A stretch of 64,000 nucleotides of DNA, from positions 42,656,001-42,720,000 of the forward strand of contig NC_043010.1 of NCBI RefSeq assembly GCF_006345805.1, read 5' to 3'. The position numbers and the translations under genes are program-made. The notes under the pieces are model-generated. The model ran no database searches and was not told the origin of the DNA. It saw only the letters and a program-made list of their open reading frames with translations. Source of the DNA: Octopus sinensis. Taxonomy: Eukaryota. This document shows, piece by piece, positions 12,685 through 23,639 of this stretch. Every line of letters starts with the position of its first letter. Position 1 is the stretch's first letter.

Positions 12685-13600
12685 CAGGGGTTGGACAAAA
12701 TAATGGAAACACCTTAAAATTTCAAACAAATTTATTTTAATATGGAGGAGGACTGCCTTTGGCAGTAATTACAGCTTGAATTCTATGAGGTATGGACTTG
12801 TACAAAGTTTGAATTGTTTCCAAAGGAATTTTTGTCCATTCTTCAGCTAAAGCAGTCTCCAGTTCTTGTAGTGATGATGGTGGAGGATATCAACTCCTTA
12901 CTTTTTTTTCCAAAATGCACCATAAATGTTCAATAATATTGAGATCTGGGGACTGTGGTGGCTAGATAAGATGTTCAACTTCACTAGAATATTCCTCGTG
13001 CCATTCAGAAACAACTTTAACTGTGAATTGGTGCATTATCATCCTGAAAGATTGCATTTCCCTCTAGAAACAGTTCTGCAACCATAGGATGAATTTGATC
13101 AGATAGAATGCTTAAATTGTCCTGACTATTAATTCTGCCATGAAGGGAAACCATTGGGCTGGCAGATTTCCAAGATATAGCCCCCCCAGATCACAGATCC
13201 TCCTCCATGTTTAATAGTTGGAAGAAGGCAGTCTGGGTCAAATGCTTCTTTTGGCTGTCTCCACATGTATACTCAGCTTACAGAAATAAAGTAAAGCATG
13301 ACTTGTCTGAGAAAATAACATTCTTCAACTGCTCTAGGGACCAATTCTGTAGGTTTTTACTCCACTCTAAATGCTTTGAAATGTTTATCTTTGAAAGTAG
13401 AAGTTTTTTGATTGCAGCCCTACTGTGAAATCCAGCTTTGTGCAACTCCGAGTGTACAATTTTTGTGGAAACTAGGTTCTCGAGGTGGTCTTTAAGCTTT
13501 GCAGTAATTTTGGAAGCAGTACTTTTGTGATCATTTCAAAAAATTCAGGTAAGAGTTCGACAGTCCCTATCTGAAAGCTTTTACCACAGCTTTTACATTA
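12685..13600 (-). mobile_element. Truncated Tc1-family transposon (DD34E)
   Basis: One end TA-CAGGGGTTGGACAAAATAATGGAAACAC. Minus-strand remnants VIFSDK, AIFQDDNAPIH, PDLNIIEHLW, LQELETALAEEWTKIP and RIQAVITAKG. Confidence 0.85.
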
Positions 13601-13630
13601 GATTATCTGCTAATTAGCTAGCATTAAGTA

Positions 13631-14704
13631 TCTATATGAAGTTTGGCTGTATGTAATGTCTGTTTTCTCGAACAGCCGCTTCTACTGAGTACTGCTGTTG
13701 GTTTATTTCTTATACATAAAGGACTATAGTTTCAACTGCATACTGCTTTTTGATTCACCATAAGGTCTGTTGATATTATTATTATTGTTTAACTATTGTT
13801 ATCACATTTGTTGGTTCCTCGAAAGGGAAACATTGTTGTGTTGCATTTGTTAAATAATTGTATAACGTAACCCTCCCCCTTTGGGAGAAGGAGCTTTGGT
13901 TTTTGTTTAAAAATTGAATTGTGTCCCTGTTTGGGGACACAATTCAATTTTGACAATATTTTCACTGTTTATACGGAAGCATTTTTGTTAAAATGCCTTC
14001 GATAGAAGAAAGTCTAAAAATGAATTTCGCTGCAGCCGTCGGCAGGCGCGAACTCATTAAAATTAAAATGGAAGAAATAAAAACCTATTTCGGATTGATC
14101 ACTGACAAAGATGGTGAATCTAGGATAACACCACCAAACAAAATGAAAAATTAAATTAAAGAAAAGACTATTGTCTATAAAGTATACAATGTAGAGAAAA
14201 AAAGATTTGAACACCTGGAGGAAAGCACCATCGAAAAGTGTCTTGGTGCAACTATGAAAGATATCAAGTATCTAACCAGAGGCGGTAAATTCATCACAAT
14301 AGAAGCAAGCTTCGAGTCAACGGAGCTTGCAAGTTAGTACTCGACTCGAACCTTGCAAAGTGGAAATATTTTATTTTTACCTTTATATCTGGGATGTAGG
14401 ATGTCTCAGATTAAAATTTAAAATGTCCCCCCAGAAGTAGAGGTAGGCTGGATTGTAGCCACACTTCTATACAAGAGGGAGGACAAGATACAATTGATCG
14501 AAATTACAAGAGACGGGCCTACAATTCCAGTCTGTTATATATTTTGAGTATTGTTATCACAAGAGATAACAAGATATAACTTTGTATTTTGTATTTTATG
14601 TGTAGATGTATATATATAGATGTACATGTAATATGTACACATATATATACACATATATACATGCACTAGCACTAAGACCCGTCAACAACGGGTCATAATG
14701 CTAG
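13631..14704 (+). mobile_element. Non-autonomous Helitron carrying a LINE 5' fragment
   Basis: A|TCTATATGAAG...GTCTG 5' end; GACCCGT-CAACA-ACGGGTC hairpin followed by CTAG|T 3' end. Confidence 0.55.
13993..14520 (+). pseudogene. ORF1 N-terminal fragment of an L1/Tx1-like LINE
   Basis: MPSIEESLKMNFAAAVGRR...QIKI*NVPPEVEVGWIVATLL with stops and a frameshift. The FAAAV and IKI.NVPPEV motifs resemble LINE ORF1 RRM starts. Confidence 0.5.
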
Positions 14705-14744
14705 TATATATATAAATACATATATAAATATATATATATAAATA

Positions 14745-14862
<118 letters not shown>

Positions 14863-15070
14863 AAGAGAAAGAAATGGATGGATACAAATATAAACACATA
14901 TACAAATGACGAAGACCTATGGCGTTATTCCATGCTAAAGAAGCCCCATCAAACCAAGTGAAATCATAGTCATGGCCAGACACTGGTGTCATGCAAATAG
15001 TACCCATGCCAGTGGCACATAAAAAGCACCCATTTTACTTTTGGAGAGGTTGCATTAGCAAGGGCATATA

Positions 15071-16414
15071 TCTTTATATATATAAAACTGAGAATGTGTC
15101 TGTCTGTGTGTTTCCCTAAAACTTGAGAACTACACAACCAATTTCATTCAAATTTTACAATGGCTTACTTAGGGTCCAGGGAGTGTCATCGGCAAAAAAA
15201 ATTTTAACTTTTTGCCTAGGGCGAGCCCACAGCAATATCATGTCGTCTCCACTATGATTCCCTAAAACTTGAGAACTACACAACCAATTTCATTCAAATT
15301 TTATACATGCCTTACTTAGGGTCCATGTAGCTTCATGGGCAAAAAAAATGTTCAACTTCTTGCCTAGGGCGAGCCCACAGCAATATCATATCTTCTCCAC
15401 TATTTCAGTATTACATGTTAAAAGTGAAACAAAAACATCTCTCTATTGTATGTATATGGATGTATATATATATATATTACAAAATATAAAGTTATATCCT
15501 GAGATCGTTAGTGACAACAACGCTCAAAATATATAACAGACTGGAATAGTAATGCTCAAATGAGCTGTATACAATTTTTAATCTGAGGGGAGGCAATGCG
15601 AGCAGCAACTACAAGAGCACTACAAAATCCACAGAAAGATCAAACACATACATATATTCATATATTCATTTATATATACAGAACAGATATAAAGCCCGAC
15701 GTTTAGAACTATATAGTAATATATAAATATATAAACATCATATAAAAATATATTGTACGCATAAGAACTACTCGAAATTCCATAAGAAATTTAGAAATAA
15801 AAATAGCAATAAAAGTTAGAGGTAATAACAATTGAATTAAATATAGTAAATATAGTAAGTTGTAATTAAAATAAAACTAAAGTATGGTAATTAAAAGAAA
15901 AAATAGCAATTGGCATAAAATGTATAAAAGGACTTGAACTCGAATATGTGACTTTGCATGAATGGGAGAAATTAAAAGATTAAAAATTCAATTGAGTGCA
16001 GAAGTGAATTAGTCCAGATCTGCTAGATTGAATTATATGCTTATAAAGTAGCATTCAGTATCTATGAGAATTTGGGGGAGTACGTAATGTCTGGTCTTTC
16101 ACATGTAGCCGGTATGTAATTGTGCATTTGTTTCTGTGTACTATGTGTTGTGTGAAAAAAACGTCCTGATGAAGGGAGTGTCGATTTTAAATATATGATA
16201 TGTTTTATATTAATTGGCGCATCTCTGAAACGGCCCGAAGATGAACTTTTATGTATTTTTGTAAGTGTGTATATTTATCTTCTATGTATTTTTCTCTGGA
16301 ATTTTAATTCAGCTTTGTAATATGTCATTGTATGTTTTATTACCCCAAATTTTTAATTTAACAAATATATACCAAACTAGCACTATGACCCGGCAACGCC
16401 GGGTAATAATGCTA

Positions 16415-16415
<1 letters not shown>
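15071..16415 (+). mobile_element. Non-autonomous Helitron with a ~147-bp internal duplication and a PLE-like segment, nested in an RTE tail
   Basis: A|TCTTTATATATATAAAA...GTCTGTCTGTG 5' end; ACCCGGC-AAC-GCCGGGT hairpin plus CTAG|T. The RTE tail is split (...AGGGCAT at 15067, resumes TAGAAACCATGCC at 16444). TTCCCTAAAACTTGAGAAC is repeated at ~15112 and ~15259. Confidence 0.7.
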
Positions 16416-16448
<33 letters not shown>

Positions 16449-16535
16449 ACCATGCCAAATCAAACTAGAGTACAGCTTGCCAACCGTGGTCAAACCATCC
16501 AACCCATGGACAAGGGACATTAAATGATGATGATA

Positions 16536-16746
16536 CCTATTTCTTTACTACCCACAAGGGGCTAAACACAGAGGGGACAAACAAGAACAGACATAGGTAT
16601 TAAGTCGATTACATCGACTCCAGTGCGCAACTGGTACTTAATTTATCGACCCCGAAAGGATGAAAGGTTAAGTCGACCTCGGCGGAATTTGAACTCAGAA
16701 CGTAACGGCAGACGAAATACGGTCACGAATTTCGTCCGACGTGCTA
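16536..16746 (-). mobile_element. tRNA-derived SINE (second family)
   Basis: Minus strand has B-box-like GAGTTCAAATTCC followed by GCCGAGGTCGAC..CCTTTCATCCTTTCGGGGTCGATAAA; inserted in a (GAT)n tail. A degraded copy lies at ~36040-36250. Confidence 0.8.
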
Positions 16747-17877
16747 AATGATGATGATACCATTCACACAAAAGCACACACACATATGGACTTGTATATG
16801 CACTCACCATACAAAGAGACATCACATCATATGCACATGATTATAATGTGAACACAAAGACATTATTACATACTTTTATATACATCAACAATTTATTTAT
16901 AAACCATGATTTTACATATTCATTTAAGTATATACATATACATTACAATGAAATCATACATAGGTATAGAAGCACAATAGGAAGGAAAATCAAGCAAATG
17001 AATCTGGTTGAAATTAAAATCACATTTTTATTGTGTGGGTGGATACGTTAGTGTGCTTGTATGTGTGTTTATCATGAAGGTTTTTGTTTTTTTTTATATT
17101 TCAAACATTTCAAACTCTATGAGTTTTACATATATATGTTCAAATGTATAAGCGAAATATTTGTCAGTGTAAAACACGATTGAAATTTTGTAATGTGTGT
17201 GATTCCATGACTATATTTTTTCGTGTGTGCGTAAGTGTGTGTGTGTGTGTGTGTGTGTGTGCATGCACGCGTGTATCAATGCATTGTGAAAGCAAGCACA
17301 CACTATCACATACAAATATGAGCACATATTCATATTGATATTTTGGTGTATATACATATACAAACATACATTGTTCTTCTGAATGCATGTGCGCATGTGT
17401 ATGTGTGTACATAAAAATGTCTATACTATTATAAATATATACACACATATATGTTATTATTTGTATATGTACAAGAATGTTTGAATGATATATGTGAAGT
17501 TTACCACGAGTGATTAGTAATGATGAATGCACAGCATCATACAAGTGTTTGATGGTCTTAACTATATTTTTTAATTCACTGTATGCATATACACCTCTTT
17601 AAATACATTAAAAGTACTTGGCTATTTTAGTCTTTAAAAAACGATTAGTAGACAATTTAGTTTTAGCATAGAATTAATTAAATATAATATACTACATATG
17701 TATATTTCTGTATACACACTCATACACATACACCCACACAAACATACACACACACATACTTTTTCATATTTACACACAAACAGGTGTACTTGTGGTGTAT
17801 GTGATAGAGAAAGAGAGAGAGAGTGTGTGTTTTGCTTTGTATACAGATTGTATACATACAGTTTAATTCAAATTCTC

Positions 17878-20556
17878 TTAGCTTAAATCCCGTTGTTTGT
17901 TGTGAAGTACTCCACAAGGATTTGCATTGGGTGCATCAGCCCAGCCTGTGCTCCACCTCGGAGCCAGTGGTGTCGCCGGCCAACCAAAATTACTATCAAT
18001 ACCATTGCTGCTTCCGCGCTGCTGTAGGCAAGTCGATGACACCCACTTTGAAATAATACTTGATGATTGTTGCTTGAGGGTTAGGGGTTGTGAATCTCGA
18101 TGATGGTGATGGCTACTGTGTGGGTGATGGTGATGATGCTGCTGCTGTGGAGGTGGTGGTGGATGTGGTTGTGGTGGAGGGGCTTGTTGGTGTTGATGAT
18201 GGTGGTGATGATGATGGCTAGGATGTTGGTGGCTGTTACTATGGTGCGGTGGTGGATGATGGTGAGGATGCTGCTGCTGATGGTGTGGGTTAGTGTTGTT
18301 GCTGTTGCTATTATTACTGGTCGTATTACTTTCCAATGGTGGTGGTTGATGGCTTGAATGATGATGCTGTTGTTGATGGTGTCCATGGCCAGAACTGCTG
18401 ACAGCACCACTGCCAGTATGGTCACTACTTGAATGATGATTGCTACTGTTTCCACTACCTGCATTACTATTATTATTATTGTTGTTACTACTACCAGTAT
18501 TATTACTACTACTGCCACTACCAGCACGGCCACTGCTGTTACCACTGCCACTACTACCACCTCCGCTAGTAGATGTAGCATTGCCAGCAGAACTGCTACT
18601 ACCATTAGCCTTAGATTCATTCCTTGATAAATGATGCCTACTTCCTGTAGTAGAAAACGTTTCCGTTGGGGTACTCGTGCTCCCCCCACTGCCGCTGCCA
18701 CTTCCTCCTCGATTTCGTCCACTTCGTCCACCACCGCTGCTTCCACCGCCTTCAGTGTCACTACCACCAACACTGCTACGATTAGAAAATGCTCGTGATG
18801 AGGAACCTGTGTGGGTCTTTTCGTGATTTTTTAGGGTTGCTCGCTGAGAAAATGCACGCTGACAGATGTCACAGTTAAACGGCTTCTCGCCGGTATGAAT
18901 ACGGCGATGGTTATCCAAGCTGGCTCTTTGAGTGAAAGCTTTACAACAGAAGCTACAGGTAAACGGCTTAACACCTGTGTGGGTGCGCAGATGATTGTCA
19001 AGACTTGCTTTCTGAGAGAAAGCTTTGCTGCATATTGAGCAATCAAATGTTTTTAGACTGCGTGCATGAATACGCTGTTCAATAGGATCTATAATATTGT
19101 TGCCAATACAATGATTAGAACCCAAGTGGTTCATGTTCATACGTCGTGAGAACATAGCGTTAGAGTTAAAACTAAATGGTACAGTTGGACCACCAGAAGT
19201 TCCGGTTGGTGTTGATGATGAAGAAGACCGATCATTGTTCTGGTTGTCAGATCTAGATCTCTGCTCATTGTTCAGATGATGAGAAGAGAAACTGCCAAAA
19301 GACGCCTTGCCAGAGCCTAGATGAGATGAATTATTTGGAGTTGCCGATGACGATGGTGACGATGATGGATCTGCTGATGGCTTTGTTGAGGTAGAACCTG
19401 CTGACTGAACTCGATGCTGTGATGATGGTGATGTAGCACATTGTTCAGGTGAAATATTGCTGTTGTTCATTGTGAGTCCAGGCCTCGGAGGAAACACAAC
19501 CATGTCTGGACCAGGAAAGAACGGCATTGCGGGAGTGCTGCTGTTACTTCCATTGTTGCCGTTTTCGCTGGCATTATCCTCATTGTTGTTATTAGCAATG
19601 ATACCATTACTCTGATGGTTATTAAACTTATTTGTAAAATGGGTTCGTTCATGATTCATTAAGGTTGCACGCTGAGAGAAGCATTTTCCACAAAAAAAAC
19701 AACAAAACGGACGTTCCCCAGTATGAATTCTCTTGTGATTGTCTAAGTTAGCCCGCTGGGCAAACGCCTTTGAACAATAGAAACAGATAAAGGGTTTCTC
19801 TCCAGTATGTGTGCGACGATGGTTGTCAAGCGAAGTCCTCTGGCTGAAAGCACGTGGACAATCTGGACAGGCAAAAGGGCGGATGCCCGTATGTGTGAGT
19901 TCATGCGATCGCAAACGATCTCGTTTTGGAAATGCTTTTGAACAATATGCACAGTTAAAGTGTTTTTCTGAATCCCTTGTTCGCTCATGACTGTTGAACG
20001 TTGACCTTCGTGCAAAACCCTTCCGGCAGACTTGACATTTGTAAGGTTTAGTAGTACTGCTACCACCACCACTGCCACCACCACCGCCACCGCCGCCACC
20101 GCCGCCACCACCACAACCACCGCCACCACTGGTGCCACTCCCGGTGGTAGTGTTATAGTGATGAGAATGGGAATGACTAGTAATTCCTGTCCCACTTCTT
20201 TGCTCCACTGACGAAGTGGTTGTAGTTGTTGGTGATGAAATAGAGCTGGTTGATGGAGTACTAGATTTTATGGGTGGCGATGCCGCTGAAGATGAGGGAG
20301 GTGGTGAAGATATTGTTGGTTGATCAGACGTCTGATTATGCAAAGTTGAAGGATTCTGTCCACCACTGCTACTACTACTGCTGCCACAACAGGTGCTCAT
20401 TCCAGATGAGCGTTTCATTGAATGATGATGCAGATGGTTGGTATGGAGATGCTGGCCATTTGGCGGCATCGTTGGTAACCCTGGAGTTGCAGACGTAGGA
20501 GGGGTAAAATTGAACTGAGGATTCCCCATTGCATATAACGGTTGAAATGCATACAT
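17878..20556 (-). CDS. Intronless 892-aa C2H2 zinc-finger transcription factor (5 + 3 fingers) with long low-complexity tracts
   Basis: Uninterrupted ORF with CACAAAATG start context. Fingers at 19639-20043 (YKCQVC..., 5 fingers, TGEKP-type linkers) and 18811-19047 (3 fingers). Poly-S/T/G/N/H/Q linkers. No transposon hallmarks. No orthologue recognised. Confidence 0.92.
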   Translation of the reverse strand: MYAFQPLYAMGNPQFNFTPPTSATPGLPTMPPNGQHLHTNHLHHHSMKRSSGMSTCCGSSSSSSGGQNPSTLHNQTSDQPTISSPPPSSSAASPPIKSSTPSTSSISSPTTTTTSSVEQRSGTGITSHSHSHHYNTTTGSGTSGGGGCGGGGGGGGGGGGGSGGGSSTTKPYKCQVCRKGFARRSTFNSHERTRDSEKHFNCAYCSKAFPKRDRLRSHELTHTGIRPFACPDCPRAFSQRTSLDNHRRTHTGEKPFICFYCSKAFAQRANLDNHKRIHTGERPFCCFFCGKCFSQRATLMNHERTHFTNKFNNHQSNGIIANNNNEDNASENGNNGSNSSTPAMPFFPGPDMVVFPPRPGLTMNNSNISPEQCATSPSSQHRVQSAGSTSTKPSADPSSSPSSSATPNNSSHLGSGKASFGSFSSHHLNNEQRSRSDNQNNDRSSSSSTPTGTSGGPTVPFSFNSNAMFSRRMNMNHLGSNHCIGNNIIDPIEQRIHARSLKTFDCSICSKAFSQKASLDNHLRTHTGVKPFTCSFCCKAFTQRASLDNHRRIHTGEKPFNCDICQRAFSQRATLKNHEKTHTGSSSRAFSNRSSVGGSDTEGGGSSGGGRSGRNRGGSGSGSGGSTSTPTETFSTTGSRHHLSRNESKANGSSSSAGNATSTSGGGSSGSGNSSGRAGSGSSSNNTGSSNNNNNNSNAGSGNSSNHHSSSDHTGSGAVSSSGHGHHQQQHHHSSHQPPPLESNTTSNNSNSNNTNPHHQQQHPHHHPPPHHSNSHQHPSHHHHHHHQHQQAPPPQPHPPPPPQQQHHHHHPHSSHHHHRDSQPLTLKQQSSSIISKWVSSTCLQQRGSSNGIDSNFGWPATPLAPRWSTGWADAPNANPCGVLHNKQRDLS

Positions 20557-21449
20557 TTTGTGTGGTGATTAAGACTTCCAAATCTATTTTGATATACATA
20601 CGCACACACATATATATATGTATATATATATAAATATCTATATATACATATATATGTATATATATATATATATACGTTTATATATATATATATATACAAT
20701 ATGAGGTCAATAAAATATCCTTAAAGTTAAAAATTTTAAATACTTAATATAGTACATTATCTAAATTGAAAAGTGAGCCTCCTCTTTTTAGTGCATAATA
20801 TTGGTTTCAGAACAGTTAGCAAGGCAACAAAACATAAATGCAAGTTGCCTAATAAAATAACAAGAAGTAGGTTTACTTTTACAAAGATAAAAATATAAAA
20901 TCCTATTCCGAAAGAAATTGGTCAGATAGTCATGTTTGTGCACTACTGAGGAAAAAGGTTGGAAAAGAAAAAAAATTGTTCATAAAAAAATTGGTACTTC
21001 TCTTATCTGGCAAATCAGCCGAAGTGATTAAAGATAAAGAGAATATTTTCATCAACAGTTATTGAAATACTTCATTATTTAAATGAGTTGTTTCAAAATC
21101 TCATCATTTGACATAACAAAATGGTAGAACAATGTTATACTGTTCTCTGACATGAGGTCAAACGGGTGTTAAAAATGTTATAATCCATCGTTAAACAGTG
21201 AAAAGACACCATAGGAAATTTGGAAACCCCAACTTATAACTGTTTGTAAAATCAACTGCAATCATTAGGCTCTTCTCACATCTTCGGTTCCAAAGTTGAA
21301 GAACAAAGAAAAGAAACCTGTGAAAAATAGAAAGAAATATCAATTAATATTGCTTTGTATTTAAATATACACTTGATTTTAAGAATTACACAAACATTTA
21401 TGAAAATATTGCATTAAAACAAATAAATAATAATTTAAAACAGTAATCA

Positions 21450-21685
21450 TTGATTGTGGCCATTGCCAGCCTCGCCTGGCACCTGTGCAGGTGGCACGTA
21501 AAAAGCACCCACTACACTCATGGAGTGGTTGGCGTTAGGAAGGGCATCCAGCCGTAGAAACATTGCCAGATAAGACTGGAGCCTGGTGCAGCCTTCTGGC
21601 TTCCCAGATCCCCGGTCGAACCATCTAACCCATGCTAGCATGGAGAACGGACGTTAAACGATGATGATGATGATGATGATGATGA
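21450..21685 (+). mobile_element. RTE 3'-UTR retroposon copy
   Basis: GGCACGTAAAAAGCAC...GGAAGGGCATCCAGCCGTAG...CCATGCTAGCATGG...GGACGTTAAAC(GAT)n. Confidence 0.85.
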
Positions 21686-21752
21686 ATTTCCTTCTCTGTA
21701 GAGTATACATTACTGTCTCTCTCTCCTGCAGTCTTTATACAATAATTAATTT

Positions 21753-22142
21753 GTGGCTGTGTGGTAAGTAGCTTGCTTACCAACCACATGGTTCCAGGTT
21801 CAGTCCCACTGCGTGGCACCTTGGGTAAGTGTCTTCTACTATAGCCTCGGGCTGACCAAAGCCTTGTGAGTGGATCTGGTAGACAGAAACTGGAAGAAGC
21901 CCGTCGTATATATGTATATATATGTATGTGTGTATATGTTTGTGTGTCTGTGTTTGTCCCCCCACCATTGCTTGACATCCGATGGTGGTGTGTTTATGTC
22001 CCCCGTAACTTAACGGTTCAGCAAAAGAGACTGACAGAATAAGTACTAGGCTTACAAAGAAAAAGTCCTGGGGTCAATTTACTCGACTAAAGGGCGGTGC
22101 TCCAGCATGGCCGCGGTCAAATGACTGAAACAAGTAAAAGAA
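21753..22142 (+). mobile_element. Complete tRNA-derived SINE
   Basis: Same family as 10646-11070. Confidence 0.85.
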
Positions 22143-22321
22143 CACTAAATTTTAAATTATTGCCTTTATTTTATTGTCACAGCGTTTTATATAGACCTCA
22201 TACAACCAAAGTTTAACATACTCCAGACATTAATATATGTAACTTGCCACTATAGAAGATGTTACTTCAGATACACAGAAGTACTCAGAGTTTACCATTC
22301 TTTAGTTACCGTTCTTTAGTT

Positions 22322-22888
22322 ATATTTGTTTACATTAGAATTGTAATTTTTGGTAAATAAGAGCATTGAAAGTAAGGTCAGGATTAAATAATATTAAGAA
22401 AAATCTGTGTTTTGAAAGTGGAATTCGCAGAAATTATGTAAATTACTACATGGCAATCTTATATACTTTATATTTAACTCTGGTAAAAGTCACAAATTTG
22501 GGGAAATTTAATCAATATTAGTATGGACGACTCTAAAAGGGTAGAAGGCAAATTTGCGTTAAGGAGAATTTGAAGTCAGAATGTAAAGGGAGGTAAGTAC
22601 AGACTGCACATCATTGAGTTTGGTTACACAATGTTTTCATTCACACCTATGTCTCAAATATCAAATATCAAATATCAAAGATGTATTTTTGATTATATTA
22701 ACTGACAACCTTTTTCTTCTAAATGTAAAACTTCTATTTTAGTTCTTAACAATGAAAGCAAGCTCATTTACATAATTTCTGCGAATTCCATTTTCAAAAC
22801 ACAGATTTTTTTTAATATCATTTAATCCTGACCTTACTTTCAATGCTCTTATTTACCTAAAAATAACAATTCTAATGTAAACAAATAT
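22322..22888. repeat. Foldback element with ~125-bp inverted arms
   Basis: ATATTTGTTTACATTAGAATTG...GAATTCGCAGAAATTATGTAAA (22322-22441) recurs as its reverse complement at ~22765-22888 with few mismatches. Confidence 0.85.
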
Positions 22889-23639
22889 TTATGAGACTTC
22901 CATTTTAGCCAAGCCCATCACAATTTTTAGGAGTGTAAAGGTCAACATCAGATAGTGTCAAGATATAAAATGATAAAGTGTAATCTGAGGGATATTTGGC
23001 AACTATTTATAGCAGATTGAACAACAATGTAGAGACCCCTTCTCTGGTTTGTACCCATATCTATGCTTTATCAAGATGCTATAAAAACATTTTTACTCTA
23101 TCCACTAATTCAAGTTACTTGAAAAGTTCTAAATATCAATAAATTTCCATGGAAATTTAGAACTCAATATTATTAACCCATTAGCATTCAGTAGTAAAAT
23201 GTTAGAAACATAAATTGTGACTAAGGTTTGATGGAAGATTTTAATTCAAAACTTATGGAAACAAGACATTTGCACTACAGAGCCAGAGTCGGTTCCAGCT
23301 GGGTTGATAACGAAAGGGTTAAAATGTCTGTCAAATATGTTAGTGTGAAATCAGCAGCCCCCAAAAATGGCCAGTGAATATTTCACTGCAAAAAATATGA
23401 GAATATGGTTAACAGAAACTTCACTCTTGTTGATAACAAGCCAAAGTGGTCGATCAAACTACTAGAAAGAGCAACCAAATTTCCCTCATATCACACTTTA
23501 ACATCTGAAAAATAGTGTGTGCATGTGTGTCATCTGTTCAAGTTGACACTGGCCTAAGCACGTCTCATACCCAGCATGTTTCTCTTTTGTTTTTCTTTTA
23601 CCTGTCTACGTGTACATTTGTCTTGTCTTTAGGATGATG

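Noticed and set aside
16162-16240. Hammerhead-like CTGATGA...GAAACGGCC
   Set aside because: The cleavage triplet region appears deleted (GAAACGGCC-C rather than GAAACGGCCGTC); kept only as a decayed relic.
18081-18773. Overlapping alternative-frame and antisense ORFs within the zinc-finger gene
   Set aside because: By-products of trinucleotide-repeat codons; poly-V/M/L products with no domain.
17878-20556. Assigning a known gene name (glass, Kruppel, odd-skipped, Gfi/senseless, Blimp-1)
   Set aside because: Recognition helices and finger number do not match those families as I know them.
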